A DNA stretch of 64,000 nucleotides from Okamejei kenojei (GCA_035221665.1 CM069164.1:18228001-18292000); one strand, 5' to 3'; positions 48,061-61,898 are shown, counted from the stretch's first letter. Program-made: numbers and translations. Notes: generated from the letters alone by a model not told the origin.

Positions 48061-51000
48061 GTCAGTGGTTTATTGTTCATCCACAATTATCCGAAACGAT
48101 GTATCTTCGAATCATTTTTTTTTTAAAATTGCGAGTCATTGTAACGAGTCGCTCAAATGTTGTTGGATAAATGGTTCCCTATTTCCACCTATCTATTTAT
48201 TTATTTAATTCTTTATTTCGAACAGAATAAAAGAATAAAAAGCAAGTGTGAAACAGCATACAAAAAACAAAACAAGAATATTTATAAAGTGTCACAAACA
48301 GTATCTATAAATAAATGAAATTGAATGTGTCCGAAAAGGAGCAGAAAGAAGCCAAAGCTTATTAATTCCCGCCCCTTATTCAACTGCTTATAATTATCTT
48401 GTACAAATTTAGCAGCTAATTTAGCAGCTATATGTACACCAGCAGCTACATATACACCAAATGATTTGCATTTGTACACTATTTCCAATGACTATTCAAT
48501 CACACTTCTTTTAGACAATAGAAAGCTTTGTGGTCTCAGAACTCAATTCATTTAATAATCCATCTCTCATCAGCTAATATGGCTACACTATTTCTGCACC
48601 CATCACCTTTCTTAGTTAATGGCGACCCACTTGGATAGTGATGGTAATGCTGCTGAATATAAAATTGTAACCAGATTTAAGAGCAACAAACTGTTGGTTA
48701 AACTTAAGTAGTTGTGCAGCACCTGTGGATGGAAAGGAATGGTGGACATTTTGGGTCAAAACCGTGCAGCAGGGCGCTGCCTGCCTTGCTGGAAGATGGT
48801 TAATACCAGAGACTTATGAGATACAAACATTCACACTTGAATGTTGCCTGATCTCACTTCATAAACATGAGCTTCTTCATTCTCAGAGGAAATGCAAATG
48901 GAACTGCACACTACAATCAATAAACTATTTCTGATCTGATGATGGTGGGAAAGTATTTGATAAAGTAGTGGATAATAAATAGTTTATCCCAGGAAATCAT
49001 CTTCAGTACCTTCATAGCAGTGATGTTCTGGAGGGTTTGATTATTTGCCTCCAACAATCATCTTCCCTGATGTTGGATGTGTGACACCAGCTAGTGTTTC
49101 AGCAATTTAATTTTTAATTTAATTTTAAGGCCTTATAATAAATTTGCTTACATTTTTAATAGTTCTCTGCAATAACCAAGTTCAGTCTCAACTATACAAA
49201 ATGCTTGATGTCTGAAATAAACACATTGTAATAATTCTGCAAAATGTTCAAAAAGGGCAGACATCCATGTTAGGAGGAGTGAACAATTCAGAGCAATGAC
49301 CTGCTAGAGTTCTCACATATTTCTTCAGACAGGGCTAGGCTGCAACTTTCCGAAACACTAGCTCGGCTGTATTTGAAGTAATTTGCAGAGCTTTGGTCAC
49401 TGTGCTTCACAAAATGTTTGATTGCAAGAGAGAAAGTGCAGAGGAAATTCACCAGAAGCTCACCTGAAGTGGAGAATTTTAGTTATGGGGTAAGATTGGA
49501 TGGGTTTGTTTTTCCTGTAAGGAAGGGGCTGAGGGCTGACCAGATAGAGGTACAGAGAATTATAAGAGGCATAGAGTAGATCGTCAGAAACAACAGAAAT
49601 TGTTTCACCATATTTAAGTTTTATAACATTTAGGTTGCATCACGTAAAATTAAAATTGCTACACCATTTGAAACTTTTATTTTCAAAATGTACGTGGTTG
49701 GGTTAAAGACAGAGGTGGACTTTAATGTCACCGAGGGGAGAAGGAAACCCACAGAATGTGCCTCATTCTGCTAGTTCTCCTATTTGAAGTGCATGACTTC
49801 ACAAAGGAGCAAAACTTTTCCACAAGAGAAAATCAAGTTCCTCTAGACAGGTGAAAATCAAGCTTTATTTAGAAAGGAATCAAAGAGCAATTAAGTTGCC
49901 TTTTGGAACAGTGGTTCTCCGTCCATTTCAATAAAAGGTGTCAAAGGCCACTCATTTTAAGGAACTGGGTGATTTCCAGGGACCACTAGTATCCCGAAAG
50001 CTGAGGTAGCCAAGATGCTGAGTAAAAAACAAAGCGTTGGAGGAACTCAGCGGGTAGGGCAGCATCTGTGGAGGACAATGGACAGAAAATGTTTTGGGTC
50101 AGGATCCTTCTTCAGACTGCAAGTGTACATTTTATTTCCTGTGTACTTTCTAACTAAACTTCCTTAACAGGGTAACATAGAGATGTGACAGGTAGTGCAT
50201 CTGTCTCACAGCTCCTGTGACCAGGGTCTGATTTTGACCTCTGGTGCTGTTTGTGTGGAGTTTGCATGTTCTCCCTGTGACGACAGGGTTCCCCACACGA
50301 ATACTCTAGTTTTCTTCCAAACCCAGTGTTTGGATGTAACATTAATTGGCAACTGTAAAATAGCCCTACTATAGGTAGGTCGTAAGATAGAGTAAGTTAC
50401 AGGGATCTAAGTGGGAGAGTGGGATTAATATGATTGTTCTTAAGGCCTTAGACTTAGTGGACCAAAAGACTCCTTCTGGTATAAGAATATATGCAAATAT
50501 AAAACTATAAGAAATATGAACATTACCAGCCATAAGCTTTGGCACCAACCAAGGTGTCAAGAACTCAGCATGGGAGCCATTCAAGCAGCTAGGCAAAACA
50601 AACTAACATAATACTAACAACTTTTCAAAACTACTCCCCTATTTTTGAAATACACTGTGGCAACTCAGAGGTCACGTTGTTTTTTTTTAGAAATAAATGT
50701 TCATAAACTCCCAGAAGTTAGAAATGACAGGAATAAAACAGGGTGTCCATAAGGAAATAAGCAAGTGTATTTGAATCTGCAAAAAACAAACATTTGTATT
50801 TATTGCCAAGGACTTAGCCTGAAGAAATATATCAGTAGAAAGTGGTGGTTTTAGCATAACATCAAACTAAACAAATAGGACCAATAGAGGCAATGTTTTG
50901 TTATGCTCGGTGACCCAGAACAAAGGGAGAAAATACATAAATCCGTATTCAGGTCAGCTCTGTGAGTGAAGCTTGGCATAGCTGTCACATTCACCTCAAT

Positions 51001-51388
51001 AACAGTGAATTTACAAACAAGGTTTATTTTTGATTGCTTATAAATCGGTTTTCAAGCATTCATTATTCTTAGCTTCAGTTTTGATCAATAATCTTAAAAA
51101 GTTGTCAATTCAAAGATCCAAATTAGTTGCAATATAACTAAAATGTATTCAATGTGTACAGAATTGTCATTAGTGTTAATGTCAAAGGCAAAGTATCTGT
51201 TATTAGGATAATAAAGCAATTGTCTTTTAATCTCATTAAATAGGTACAGTACTTAATAAATTGTTATGAATTTATGTTAAAATTGTGAAATCGACACCTA
51301 CTCAAACATCTTCAATGCAGATTTAACTTATTGATGAGAAAAATCATTATCTTGCACTCAAGCTGCACTTTAAATAATCTGTTCTTAC

Positions 51389-51599
51389 CAGTTTCGGGAG
51401 GGGCAAAAGTATACTGGCTGCTGGAGGACGAGCCAAGGTTCAATTCATCGTCATTTATGTGTTCTGTTTCTGCATCTTCAGTTGCTTCTTGAATAGTCTG
51501 AAGATCTTCCACAGGTGGTGACTCAAGGGTAACAATATCTGAATCATCACTGGTTGCACCAACAAAAGTACTGTCATCAGCCAATTCTTCTTTTGGTGC
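51389..51599 (-). CDS. CCPG1: CCPG1 coding exon 4 (APKEELADDSTFVGATSDDSDIVTLESPP...GSSSSSQYTFAPPET)
   Basis: Contains SDDSDIVTLE (FIR2) and GSSSSSQYTF as in human CCPG1. ttaactag| acceptor, G|gtaaga donor; 211 nt. Confidence 0.96.
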
Positions 51600-52595
51600 C
51601 TAGTTAAAAACAATATGGAAACAAGAGTGCCCAGATAGTTTTTAAAAACGGAAAAATTAAGTTTTCATGGCAATTTATTTTTGCATGTCAAGTCCATAAA
51701 ATGCAACCTACACCAAAAGTACACATTTCACAATTAGGAATGTTTTTCATGAATGATATCACGTACATTTGAAATACATTATAAAGATTTTGGCATTCAA
51801 CAGGATTTTACTGTCTACCCTCAACATTTTCAAGAGTTTTATATGCAGTGTTGGCATATTTATTGACCTCCTTCTCTCCCTACTAAATACTTAGCTCCAC
51901 AGGTGAGATTGCTCAAAACTTGGTAGATATTTATATGGAGCAACAAGCAATCTGCTGAAGGAACTCAGCAGGTTGAGCAGCATCTGTGGAGGGAAATGGA
52001 CAGACAATGTGTCAGGTCAGGACCTGCACATAGACTGAGGCAGCAAGTTCAAGTTTAAGTGTATGCTTACTGTGGGGTACGATGAAAAATCATGCATGCA
52101 GTAGCCTCACAGGACATACTCAGACAAACACACAAAAACAAACTAAATCCCAGAATATTAGGATCACATTTTCTACCTCCACAAATATATAAAATCTATT
52201 ATATACAGTGGCTTGCAAAAGTATTCATACCCCTTGAACTTTTCCACATTTTGTCACGTTACAACCACAAACGTAAATGTATTTTATTAGGATTTTATGT
52301 GATATGCGCCACTTTGTGTTGGTCTAATTGTGAAGTGGAAGGAAAATGATACATGGTTTTCAAATCTTTTTACAAATAAAAAACTGAAAAGTGTGGCGTG
52401 CAAAAATATTCAGCCCCCTTTACTCTGATACCCCTAAATAAAATCCAGTGCAACCAATTGCCTTCAGAGGTCACCTAATTAGTAAATAGAGTCCACTTGT
52501 GTGTAATCTAATCTCAGTATAAATACAACTGTTCTGTGAAGGCCTCAGAGGTTTGTTAGAGAACATTAGTGAACAAACAATGTTCCTTGGGCATC

Positions 52596-53730
52596 ATGAA
52601 GCCCAAGGAACATACCAGACAGGTCAGGGATAAAGTTGTGGAGAAGTTTAAAGCAGGGTTAGGTTATAAAAAAATATCCCAAGCTTTGAACATCTCACGG
52701 AGCACTGTTCAATCCATCATCCGAAAATGGAAAGAGTATGGCACAACTGCAAACCTACCAAGTAATGGCCGTCCACCTAAACTGACAGGCTGGGCAAGGA
52801 GAGCGTTGAGCAGAGAAGCAGCCAAGAGGACCATGGTAACTCTGGAGGAGCTGCAGAGATCCTCAGCTCAGGTGGGAGATTCTGTCCACAGGACAACTAT
52901 TAGTCGTGCACTCCACAAATCAGGCCTTTATGGAAGAGTGGCAAGAAGAAAGCCATTGTTGAAACAAAGCCATAAGAAGTCCCGTTTGCAGTTTGCCACA
53001 AGCCATGTGGAGGACACAGCAAACATGTGGAGGAAGGTGCTCTGGTCTGATGAGACTAAAATTAAAGTTTTTGGCATAAATGCAAAACGCTATGTGTGGT
53101 GGAAAACTAACACTGCACATCACCCTGAACACACCATCCCCACTGTGAAACATGGTGGTGGCAGCATCATGCTGTGGGGATGCTTTTCTTCAGCAGGGAC
53201 AGGGAAGCTGGTCAGAGTTGATGGGAAGATGGATGGAACCAAATACAGGGCAATCTTGGAAGAAAACCTGTTAGAGTCTGCAAAAGACTTGAGACTCTAG
53301 TCTGTTGACTTCCAGCAGGACAACAACCCTAAACATACCTTGAGGCGGTGAGCCAGGTAGGAGGGTCTCGACCCGAAACGTCGCCTATCTCCTTCGCTCC
53401 TTAGATGCTGCTGCACCCGCTGAGTTTCTCCAGCCTTTTGTGAACCCTAAACATACAGCCAGAGCTACAATGGAATGGTTTAGATCAAAGCATATTCATG
53501 TGTTAGAATGGCCCAGTCAAAGTCCAGACCTAAATCCAATTGAGAATCTCTGGCAAGACTTGAAAATTGCTGTTCACAGACGCTCTCCATCCAATCCGAC
53601 TGAGCTTGAGCTATTTTGCAAAGAAGAATGGGCAAAAATTTCAGTCTCTAGATGTGCAAAGCTGGTAGAGACATACCACAAAAGACTTACAGCTGTAATT
53701 GCAGCGAAAGGTGGTTCTACAAAGTATTGA
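52596..53730 (+). pseudogene. Tc1 DD34E-type transposase, disrupted by a stop at 53298-53300 and a 104-bp insertion
   Basis: HTH region with [54 protein letters not shown]. Confidence 0.93.
53339..53442 (+). mobile_element. Penelope-derived short repeat inserted in the Tc1 transposase
   Basis: 14-bp TSD AACCCTAAACATAC at 53325-53338 and 53443-53456; insert contains GGGTCTCGACCCGAAACGTC and the ...gctgagtttctccagc tail of the family. Confidence 0.9.
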
Positions 53731-55690
53731 CTCAGGGGGGCTGAATACTTTTGCACGCCACACTTTTCAGTTTTTTTATTTGTAATAAAATTTGGAAACC
53801 ATGTATCATTTTCCTTCCACTTCACAATTATGCACCACTTTGTGTTGGTCTATCACATAAAATCCCAATAAAATACATTTACATTTGTGGTTGTAATGTG
53901 CCAAAATGTGGAAAAGTTCAAGGGGTATGAATACTTTTGCAAGCCACTGTATTTTACAGAACAATCCGAGTGAGAAGTTGAGACACAGAGAGTACAACTT
54001 TAATTAAATTAAAATAGCAAGAAAAATGATACTTTTGTATTGAAGTATCACAACTGGGCTAAAACCAAATTTCAAACAGATTTAGCACATACCTCTGTGT
54101 AAAACATTATACTACGGTGAACATAAGGAGGCCAATAATAAATATAACTTTTTTCTCAATAAAAATAATTGCAGTTTATATAATCCATGTGCTTGATTGT
54201 TACTATACAGATAACTTTCATAAATATTGCTACATTCTTCCCTTGTTCTTTACTGAAGGCAGCAACTAGTTTCTTCCCCTTGGAAATTATAAGGTTACAC
54301 AGAAATTCTCCATCTTATCAGCCATAAGTTTTTACAGAAGAGCTGCAAGAATGCGGAAGAGCTACACAATTATCATTTACCACTTTGCTCTCTGAAACTG
54401 GAAGAGCCAGCCGCAGATAAGCTTTGATAAACAGAGAAGCCTCTGGAAGTTAACCCTATTGCCTTTCAGTAAAACAGCAATCTTTTAAACCCAATCCCAT
54501 TTAGAATGCTTTGACGTCTGAAGCGATAAGTGATTCCCAAGGTTGAGTGGAATTCCAAAACTGCATTGGAAAAAGATGGCTGCGAGTATGTATAGTTCAA
54601 GATATTAAGTGATTTGCAATAGTATCCTGTGCTCAAAAACACACATCAAGATGAAAATAGTTATCAGTCCAGTTAGAAGATGTGCACCTAAACCTAAATT
54701 GATTATCTCAAATAAATCTTTAACTCTTGAATAAGAAAGTTTAAAAAAAGCACAAAATACAACTGAGATTTTCACATTTTCAATGATTACTTGGCAGCAT
54801 CAAGCTGGCTCCAGTATTCATTAATTAAACAAATGTTCTTGCCTCTGAAATTTTAAATATACATCAGTCTTCAGATCCATACTGCATAAATGGCTTTCTC
54901 TGCATATCAAGTGACAAGAACACACCATTCAACCGATAAATATGAAGCAAATGGATAAAATGAATAATTCTGTCTCCCTGGCAACAAACAGCCAGGTGAA
55001 GTCGCCTCATTTTTAATTATGTCAAAGCAGGTCTCGTCTCAACTCAAATTTGCTTTGTGTTCATAAGGAATAGGAGTAGAATTAGGTCCTTTGGCCCATC
55101 ACGTCTACTCTGCCATTCAATCATGGCTGATCAATCTCTCCCTCCTAACACCATTCTCCTGCCTTCTCTCCATAACCTCTGACACCTGTACTAATCATTT
55201 GTCCTGTTGGTCCACGATATTGATAGGGTCTCATCTGCACAAAACAATATTGTACACCAAGGATATTCAATGAAAATCCGGAATACTAAGCATTCACATG
55301 TTTAGAGACCAAATTTTTAATAATTAGAAAACATCGTGTCACCCATTAGAATTTCGAAACCACTGAAAATGCCCCAAAGGCCAACTCCAAAGAAAATAGC
55401 TCCAAAAGAGAAAGGCTGTGATAAAAAGGTTATATACACAATAACTTCTGATGAAATTAAATATTACAAGGAACATTTTAAGGTTTGTGTAAATTAGAAA
55501 AGCAGTAGATTCATAATTAATTAGCCAATCCAGTTATTAATTTATTTTAGAATCGAATTTCTGGCGACACTTTACAAATGTTAATGATTCCAACTTTATT
55601 ATTTAAAGAGCAACCAGTTATTACCAACCAATCATCCAATTGAATACTGCAAATGCAAGTTCATTAAAGGCAGTTTGACTAGGAGCTCAC

Positions 55691-55773
55691 CTTAGACACC
55701 AATTCCTTTTCCTCAGATGCAATTGAAGCACTGAGATTTTCTATTTTGGGCTCTATGTGCTCGCTGCCTTTTT
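55691..55773 (-). CDS. CCPG1: CCPG1 coding exon 3 (EKGSEHIEPKIENLSASIASEEKELVSK)
   Basis: tttgcag| acceptor, AAG|gtgagc donor; 83 nt, phase 1 to 0. Stop-free and exactly bridges the frames of exons 2 and 4. Sequence is poorly conserved, so support is mainly splice sites and phase. Confidence 0.8.
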
Positions 55774-57080
55774 CTGCAAAGCAAATTATGGAGAATAAAA
55801 TGTTGCAAAGTTTGAGAAATTTATGAAGAACAAGAAGTTATTAAGTCATTGAAACAGGAGTTTTACGATTCCTACAATGTTTATTTCTTCTCTATACTAG
55901 TCAGCAATCTGGCCTGTTTTCAGGAAAATCCATAATAAATGACTCACAGCAGATTTACTGGTCCAAATTTCAATATTACAATGACACCAAAACCATCAAC
56001 ATTGCCCCTTAAAATTGAAAGATTTTCAAGCTTGAGGTTTAGTACAAAATTCCCAAAGCTGCTGTCAGTGATCCTCCACAGACTACAGATGGAAAATCTT
56101 GTGCTTGATAAATCAAACAATTCTCGGTCCATTCATAGAGCCAAATAACAGGAAAGAGAAATAATTGAGCTTCTATTACTCCACATTCTATCTGATTAAA
56201 GGGAAACCAGTTAATCCAAGCAGCATAGAAATTAACCATTTAATAGAACTAAAAGGACTTTACTTATCAATTGGGAAAGATTCTATAAGGAAAGCAAGCA
56301 AGTTAACGATTCCATTATGGCAGAAAAAAAATCTACACTGGAAAATCATGCATTTGGAGCGGAAACATCAGATCATTGAACGATCTTTTTGTTATGATTC
56401 TTTTTTCTAGAATTTAACTTCGACTGATGCAACAAGGCTCAGTGGAATAAAATGTTCATCAACTGAATATTTCAGCCACTGAACCAACAAATACTCAGAA
56501 TCTGTCTTAACCTCAACTGATGTCAGATGGCGTGTCTGCAGAGGAAAACAAAAGGGACAACTTAGGTGGGGACCCATCTCCTGATCATTAACTTATCCTG
56601 GTTAGCAAGACAACAAAATTCTAACAACCTAGTTGGTGCCTGTGAAACTGGTAATCTGTCACCCGGGCAGGATGACAATGGCTGTCCAATGTTCACAAAC
56701 TGGATCCATGCAGGAGAAGTCAAGGCAAGGAAGTCATTGAGTCAGAGTCCACACCAATCATCAGGCATCCATTTTTACACTAATCATATTTTAATCCATT
56801 TAATTTCTCATTCACTGCACTTCAGTTCTATCACTCACCTACACTCGGGTACAATTTACAGCAGTCAATCAAGCTGCACATTTTTGAAGTGTGAGAGGAA
56901 ATTGAAGCACAAACTCCATTCAGACAACACCCAAGGTAGGGATTGAACCCCAGTCACTGCACCACTTTCAAGAAAGGAGGTGGGAGTTATAAACTAGGCA
57001 TTCATAAAGCTTTACATACCTGCATATGTACACATTTTTAGCTGAAAATGAAAATAATCTCCATTGGCTATTTTACTTAC

Positions 57081-57180
57081 CTTGTATTTCACATGATTGG
57101 TCAACTTGTTGATTTGTTAAAGGCGGCAAAGTGCATTCCGCCTCTCCCTTGTCTGAATTGAGTACCTCCACATCAGAACC
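57081..57180 (-). CDS. CCPG1: CCPG1 coding exon 2 (GSDVEVLNSDKGEAECTLPPLTNQQVDQSCEIQ)
   Basis: GSDVEVLNS corresponds to human GSDIEMLNS (FIR1). ggatag| acceptor, AAG|gtaagt donor; 100 nt, phase 0 to 1. Confidence 0.92.
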
Positions 57181-58093
57181 CTATCCAAAGGGAGATCATC
57201 AGTTATCAAGTATCACTTCAAGCAAGTCCAAAAGTTATGTTGACTCTTAACTTGATGGTACACAGCTTTCAGATTTTCTGCTACCAAGAGAGCATTTTTA
57301 ACCACAATAATTACGGGAATACCCAATAATCAAATAACTCGACCAAATCAGAATCAGTTACATCACACACGATTATCTGACTTTGTACACTTTAAGCGAC
57401 AAGGTGAGCATACGTTAAGATACAGCAGTAAATTTTCAGACTATTTTAATAGAGTACATGAACAGCACACAATAATTTAGTGCATTTAGTCTTCTAAGCA
57501 ACACATTAAAACAGTAACAGTAGTCTTCTTAACATTCTCTCATCATAATTAGATAATTTAAAACATCATCTTAGTTCTGATTTGAATTGCACAAACATGA
57601 GGTTCAGTCGGTCCAATCCTTCTGCTGGACGATTGATCCCACTCCACTATTCTGTGTGATGGATGCTTTAAAAAAACTCCCTACTAAAATATTTGTAAAG
57701 ATACATCAGAATAAAAATAAAATGATACACAGTATTTTCCATAATTTTACAAATGATTGAAATACTAGAGTCAAGCTGAAACATGGTAATCGGAGAGCCA
57801 AAGATCACGTGAAAGAGCCCAGTGGTTCCCATTTCTCCTGTATTTCTTCTGCATATCAACCTAATAAATTATACACATTTCCCACCATCAATATTTGAAT
57901 TCATAACAAAGTATTCAACTTCCTACAAATAACTTAAAACTGGGTGCCATGTGAAATAAAGAGGATTTGTGATTTACATACAAATTTTAAAGCATTGACC
58001 ATGGTCATATTTAACCATAGCATATACACAGCATGAACAATCTAATTGCTGTGAACATTACAGCATCCACAAAGTATATTGGATGGTTTATAG

Positions 58094-58777
58094 CAGTGCT
58101 TCTTAAACTATTTCAGTGGCATTCACCCTTGGGTCTTTATCACAAAATTTCATTCACCCTCAACTAAATTTTCTTATGTTTTTTGGTAATTTTCGTCTTA
58201 TTCTCCCTTGTGTTTCATTTTATATATAATTTATTTTGTCACATGAGCAAAAAACAAATTAACTAATTTCGTGAGTGTTTATTTTATTCAACTTTTTGAA
58301 CATCCTAAAAATATGTAAAGAAAACTAGGAGTGAAAAAAAAGTTATAATTAGCACTGGAGTTGGAAAATCATTAGATTAGAATGAAAAAAACCTTTCCAA
58401 CGTCTAAACACTGGGCTTCAGCCCCATCCTACCCTTTTAGGCTTTGATTACTGCAGTTTTTTGGGGGAAAACGAGATTTAAAAAAAGTTTTCCCTAAAAG
58501 GTTATATTTCAGTTAATTTTGGAAATATCATGCTACTTTGAAATTAGAAGACCATAGGTGAGAGAAAAAAAACATATCAAATTTCCAGCTTCACTGCCAT
58601 TAAAATCAATGAGCTTACTAACCACTTTAATGGTAATGCCTTTTTTAAGTATAGAAAAAAACATAAATATCTGAATAAATTAAGTCATTCACCCTTCATT
58701 CACCCCTCTAGTTTAATTCAACTCAAAATAATTACATTCACCCTTGGATGAGCCATTCACCAATTTAAGAAGCACTG
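58094..58777. mobile_element. hAT (Charlie-type) non-autonomous element
   Basis: 14-bp perfect TIR CAGTGCTTCTTAAA / TTTAAGAAGCACTG; 8-bp TSD GTTTATAG / GTTTAAAG; subterminal CATTCACC(C) repeats. Confidence 0.85.
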
Positions 58778-61700
58778 GTTTAAAGCACTGATTGGTCAAA
58801 AATGTACTTATGCCTCATCAGTGTTTTAGTCTACATAAAGAAACTTAGTTTCCATTCACTGGAAGACATCACAGAACTTTAACATTTTACAGAACCCATT
58901 GAATAAACTGACTGCCCGGAATGATTGATTGGGGCAAGACTATCAAATTATTGAATGATCAGGGCATACCAAAGTAATTTTGAAATGTTTACACCAGAAC
59001 CTCTGTGCAAAGAAATTGTTCTATCATAGAATAATCTATGAAATAATGAGGCATAGGTAAGGTAGGGAAGGGAGTCAGGAAGACAACGCCTGATAGGTAT
59101 TTGGAATGAGCAGCCAGGTGGAAGCAGATATAGTAGTGGTGTTTAAGATACTGTTAGATAGCCATGAGTAGGCATAATGGAGATAAAATGATCATGTGCA
59201 GGCAGAAGGGATTAGTTTAATTTGACATCATGGTCGGCATAGATTTCATGGGCCGAAAGGCCTTATCCTGTGCTGTACTGTTTTGTGTTGCATCAGCAGC
59301 CTCCCTGATTCGCATCTGGTAATATCCCACTTACCTCATTAACACAGCTTGCAAAAGAATAGACAATGTAAATGTTGGGCACGGCAGACTGGCCTGAACA
59401 GCTGGAAATTTAGCTCCAGAATTGAAAATGTACCAGGACCCTAGGTTGGTAAGTTTGATTTTACGAGAGTGACTCATTTCCTCTAAATTAATTGTATTTT
59501 TCTATATTTGTAAAGCTTTTTAGGACACCATAATCTGTTGTATTCTGCATATTGTAATCAATGCATCTCATCCTATCTTTTATGGTTTAAGCTCTTTTTT
59601 AATATCGCAGTGCATACACATAAGATTCTTGCCAACATTTTATGTAATCTGTAGCTGGAGAGATTGGTTTGAAACAGGTGGCAGAGTAGTGCAGTGGTTA
59701 ACACTTGCTATCTCAACTCCAGGGGCTTGGCTCAATCCTGACCTTGGATGCTAACCGTGTGGAGTTTGTGGCCAAGGGGCTTAGGCTGAAAAATGTACCC
59801 GCAGGTTGATTAGCTACAGTAAGTTTTCCGTTATTGTAGGCAAGTGCTAAGATTTAAAGACGAGTCATTGGGCATACAAAAAAAGTCGAAGGGGTACAGA
59901 AAAAAAAGGAGGGGGAAATGAGATTGACAGGGTTGGTCTGCTGAGAGCTTCCATGAATTCAAGAGCCAATAGATCTTCTGCATTATAAGATAAACTGGCG
60001 CACATTTTGATATGAAAAAAATCAAAAAATTTGAAAATCTGAAACAAAAACAATTTAATAGTGAGAGAAAAAAACAGGTCAGGCAGCAGCGACCCTTCAT
60101 CTTGACTTGATATGCTGAACTGATCAAACTTCTGCCAAACTGCTTTAAAAATGCCTCATCCTATATTCCCAGTTGAAATAATGCTAAATACTTGCCCAAA
60201 AAGTTAGAAATGTTTCAGACACTTCACAATTCTACAAAGGATTGTTTACAAGTATTGATTGTGAACAGCACACAGAGTCCTGTTGGAATGAGGCCACATC
60301 CACAGCAGCCATTTTCAAGGTTATAGGGAAAGAAAAAAACCCAGAGAAATACAGATGCTGGATGCAAAAAAATAATAAGCTTTTCAGCATTTGCAATTCT
60401 TTACTTTTCAGAGAATTGCCTGTCTGCTAAATCACAAATAGAGGTCACCAACCATGTTTATGGTTGACATTAACAAACGTGGCTTAGTGGAAGGAATCAA
60501 GAGGTTGTGTGTCTGTCCATGTCTCTGCCTGTCTAGCGGGGGGGGGGGGGGGGGGGGGGGGGGGAAGAGGGAAACAGTGTGTTGCTATTCAGATTAATGA
60601 TCAGTGACCAATGATGTGCCTCAGGGATCAGTACTGGGTCCAAAGTTGTTTTCATCCATATTAATGATTTGGATGACAACATTGTAGGCGGATGTCAAGT
60701 TTGTGATTCCTTAATGCGAATCCAGAATATCTCCAAGAAATTACTAATTTTAGTTGGTAATTTAGTGCCATTTCCAATGTTGGTTTCAATACCAGTAGTT
60801 AAACTAAACTGAAGCAAATAGAACAGATAAATAAGTAACCAGGAGAGGTGCAGAAGTATTTTTCACATTATAATTATTGGAGGTATTGTGATGAGGTACT
60901 GACACTGGGTAAGGGTTTCATCAGTCTAACTAATACAAGAATGCATCCCAGTTTCAGGTATTAGGGCAGAGGAAGCATTTTGCCATAACCTAGAAAATAT
61001 CTGAATTCCCAAGGTGATGTAAGTGAGACTGAGATTACAGAGAGTTGGTAAAAAAAACATAACCATGACTGGATGTCCTGCATTGCATCATATTCCTTAA
61101 TATTTCAATCATTCACCAGATACAAGTCAGGAGTGCACAATATTCTTGACAAACCTGTAATTGCAAATCGAACAACACTTAAGAGGTTCAATAGTTTCCT
61201 AATCGCTTCAGTGGCACCTCATGCAACATGTGTAATGTTTACAACCCCCATCCTCTGCCTATCATGACAGCAAGATGTATAAAATATAAGATGTCATCCA
61301 TTATCCAGACAAGAATAACAAATACATGGTTCAAAACACCTGTCATATCCTTCCTCATCCTAACCCTACCCTGTATCAGTATGATATACTGTCAATTCCT
61401 CATTATCACCCATCGGAATCTTTGAAGACACAACCTAACACCACAATGGGGCACCTTATTTACATTGATTGCAGAGGTTCAAGAAAGTGACCCATTATCG
61501 GTCTCAACAGTAATTAAGTTTAGTCAGTTAAATGTTGGCCTGACTTCAATATCAACACCAACTCTATGAAGGAAAAAATGGCCATCTTGGAAAGGCAGTG
61601 TGAAAATATTTTCCATTTCGACTTGCATGCACTAAAATAGCACATCTATTTAGTAAAGACCAAGATGATGAGACCATTATTGGTACACAAAGGAAATTCC

Positions 61701-61838
61701 TTTTTTGTGCGATAAAATTTTAATAGTTTTCTTCCTTTTATTTTAAAAAATGTTCAGTTTTTTTTTTAAAGTACGGATTCACACAATTAAGGATTATTTA
61801 TACAGCTAAAGAGATAAAACTGGAGAAAAATAGTTTAC

Positions 61839-61898
61839 TTCATGGTTAATTATGGTCCAACCACAAGAGGATTCACTATCGCTGGAATTCTCTGACAT
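61839..61898 (-). CDS. CCPG1: CCPG1 coding exon 1 (MSENSSDSESSCGWTIINHE); exon begins at 61914 with 16 nt of 5'UTR
   Basis: Manual translation closely matches the human CCPG1 N-terminus (MSENSSDSDSSCGWTVISHE), including the LIR core W-T-I-I. Acceptor ttttgcag at 61915-61922; donor GAA|gtaaac. Not in the ORF track (too short). Confidence 0.95.

Larger units (their letters stand above)
52206..53949 (+). mobile_element. Tc1-family DNA transposon with ~215-bp IR/DR terminal repeats, in a CCPG1 intron
   Basis: TA|CAGTGGCTTGCAAAAGTATTCATACCCC...GGGGTATGAATACTTTTGCAAGCCACTG|TA; inner direct repeats near 52400 and 53740. Confidence 0.96.

Noticed and set aside
60538-60564. Long poly-G run
   Set aside because: Simple homopolymer at a repeat junction; its length is unreliable in assemblies.
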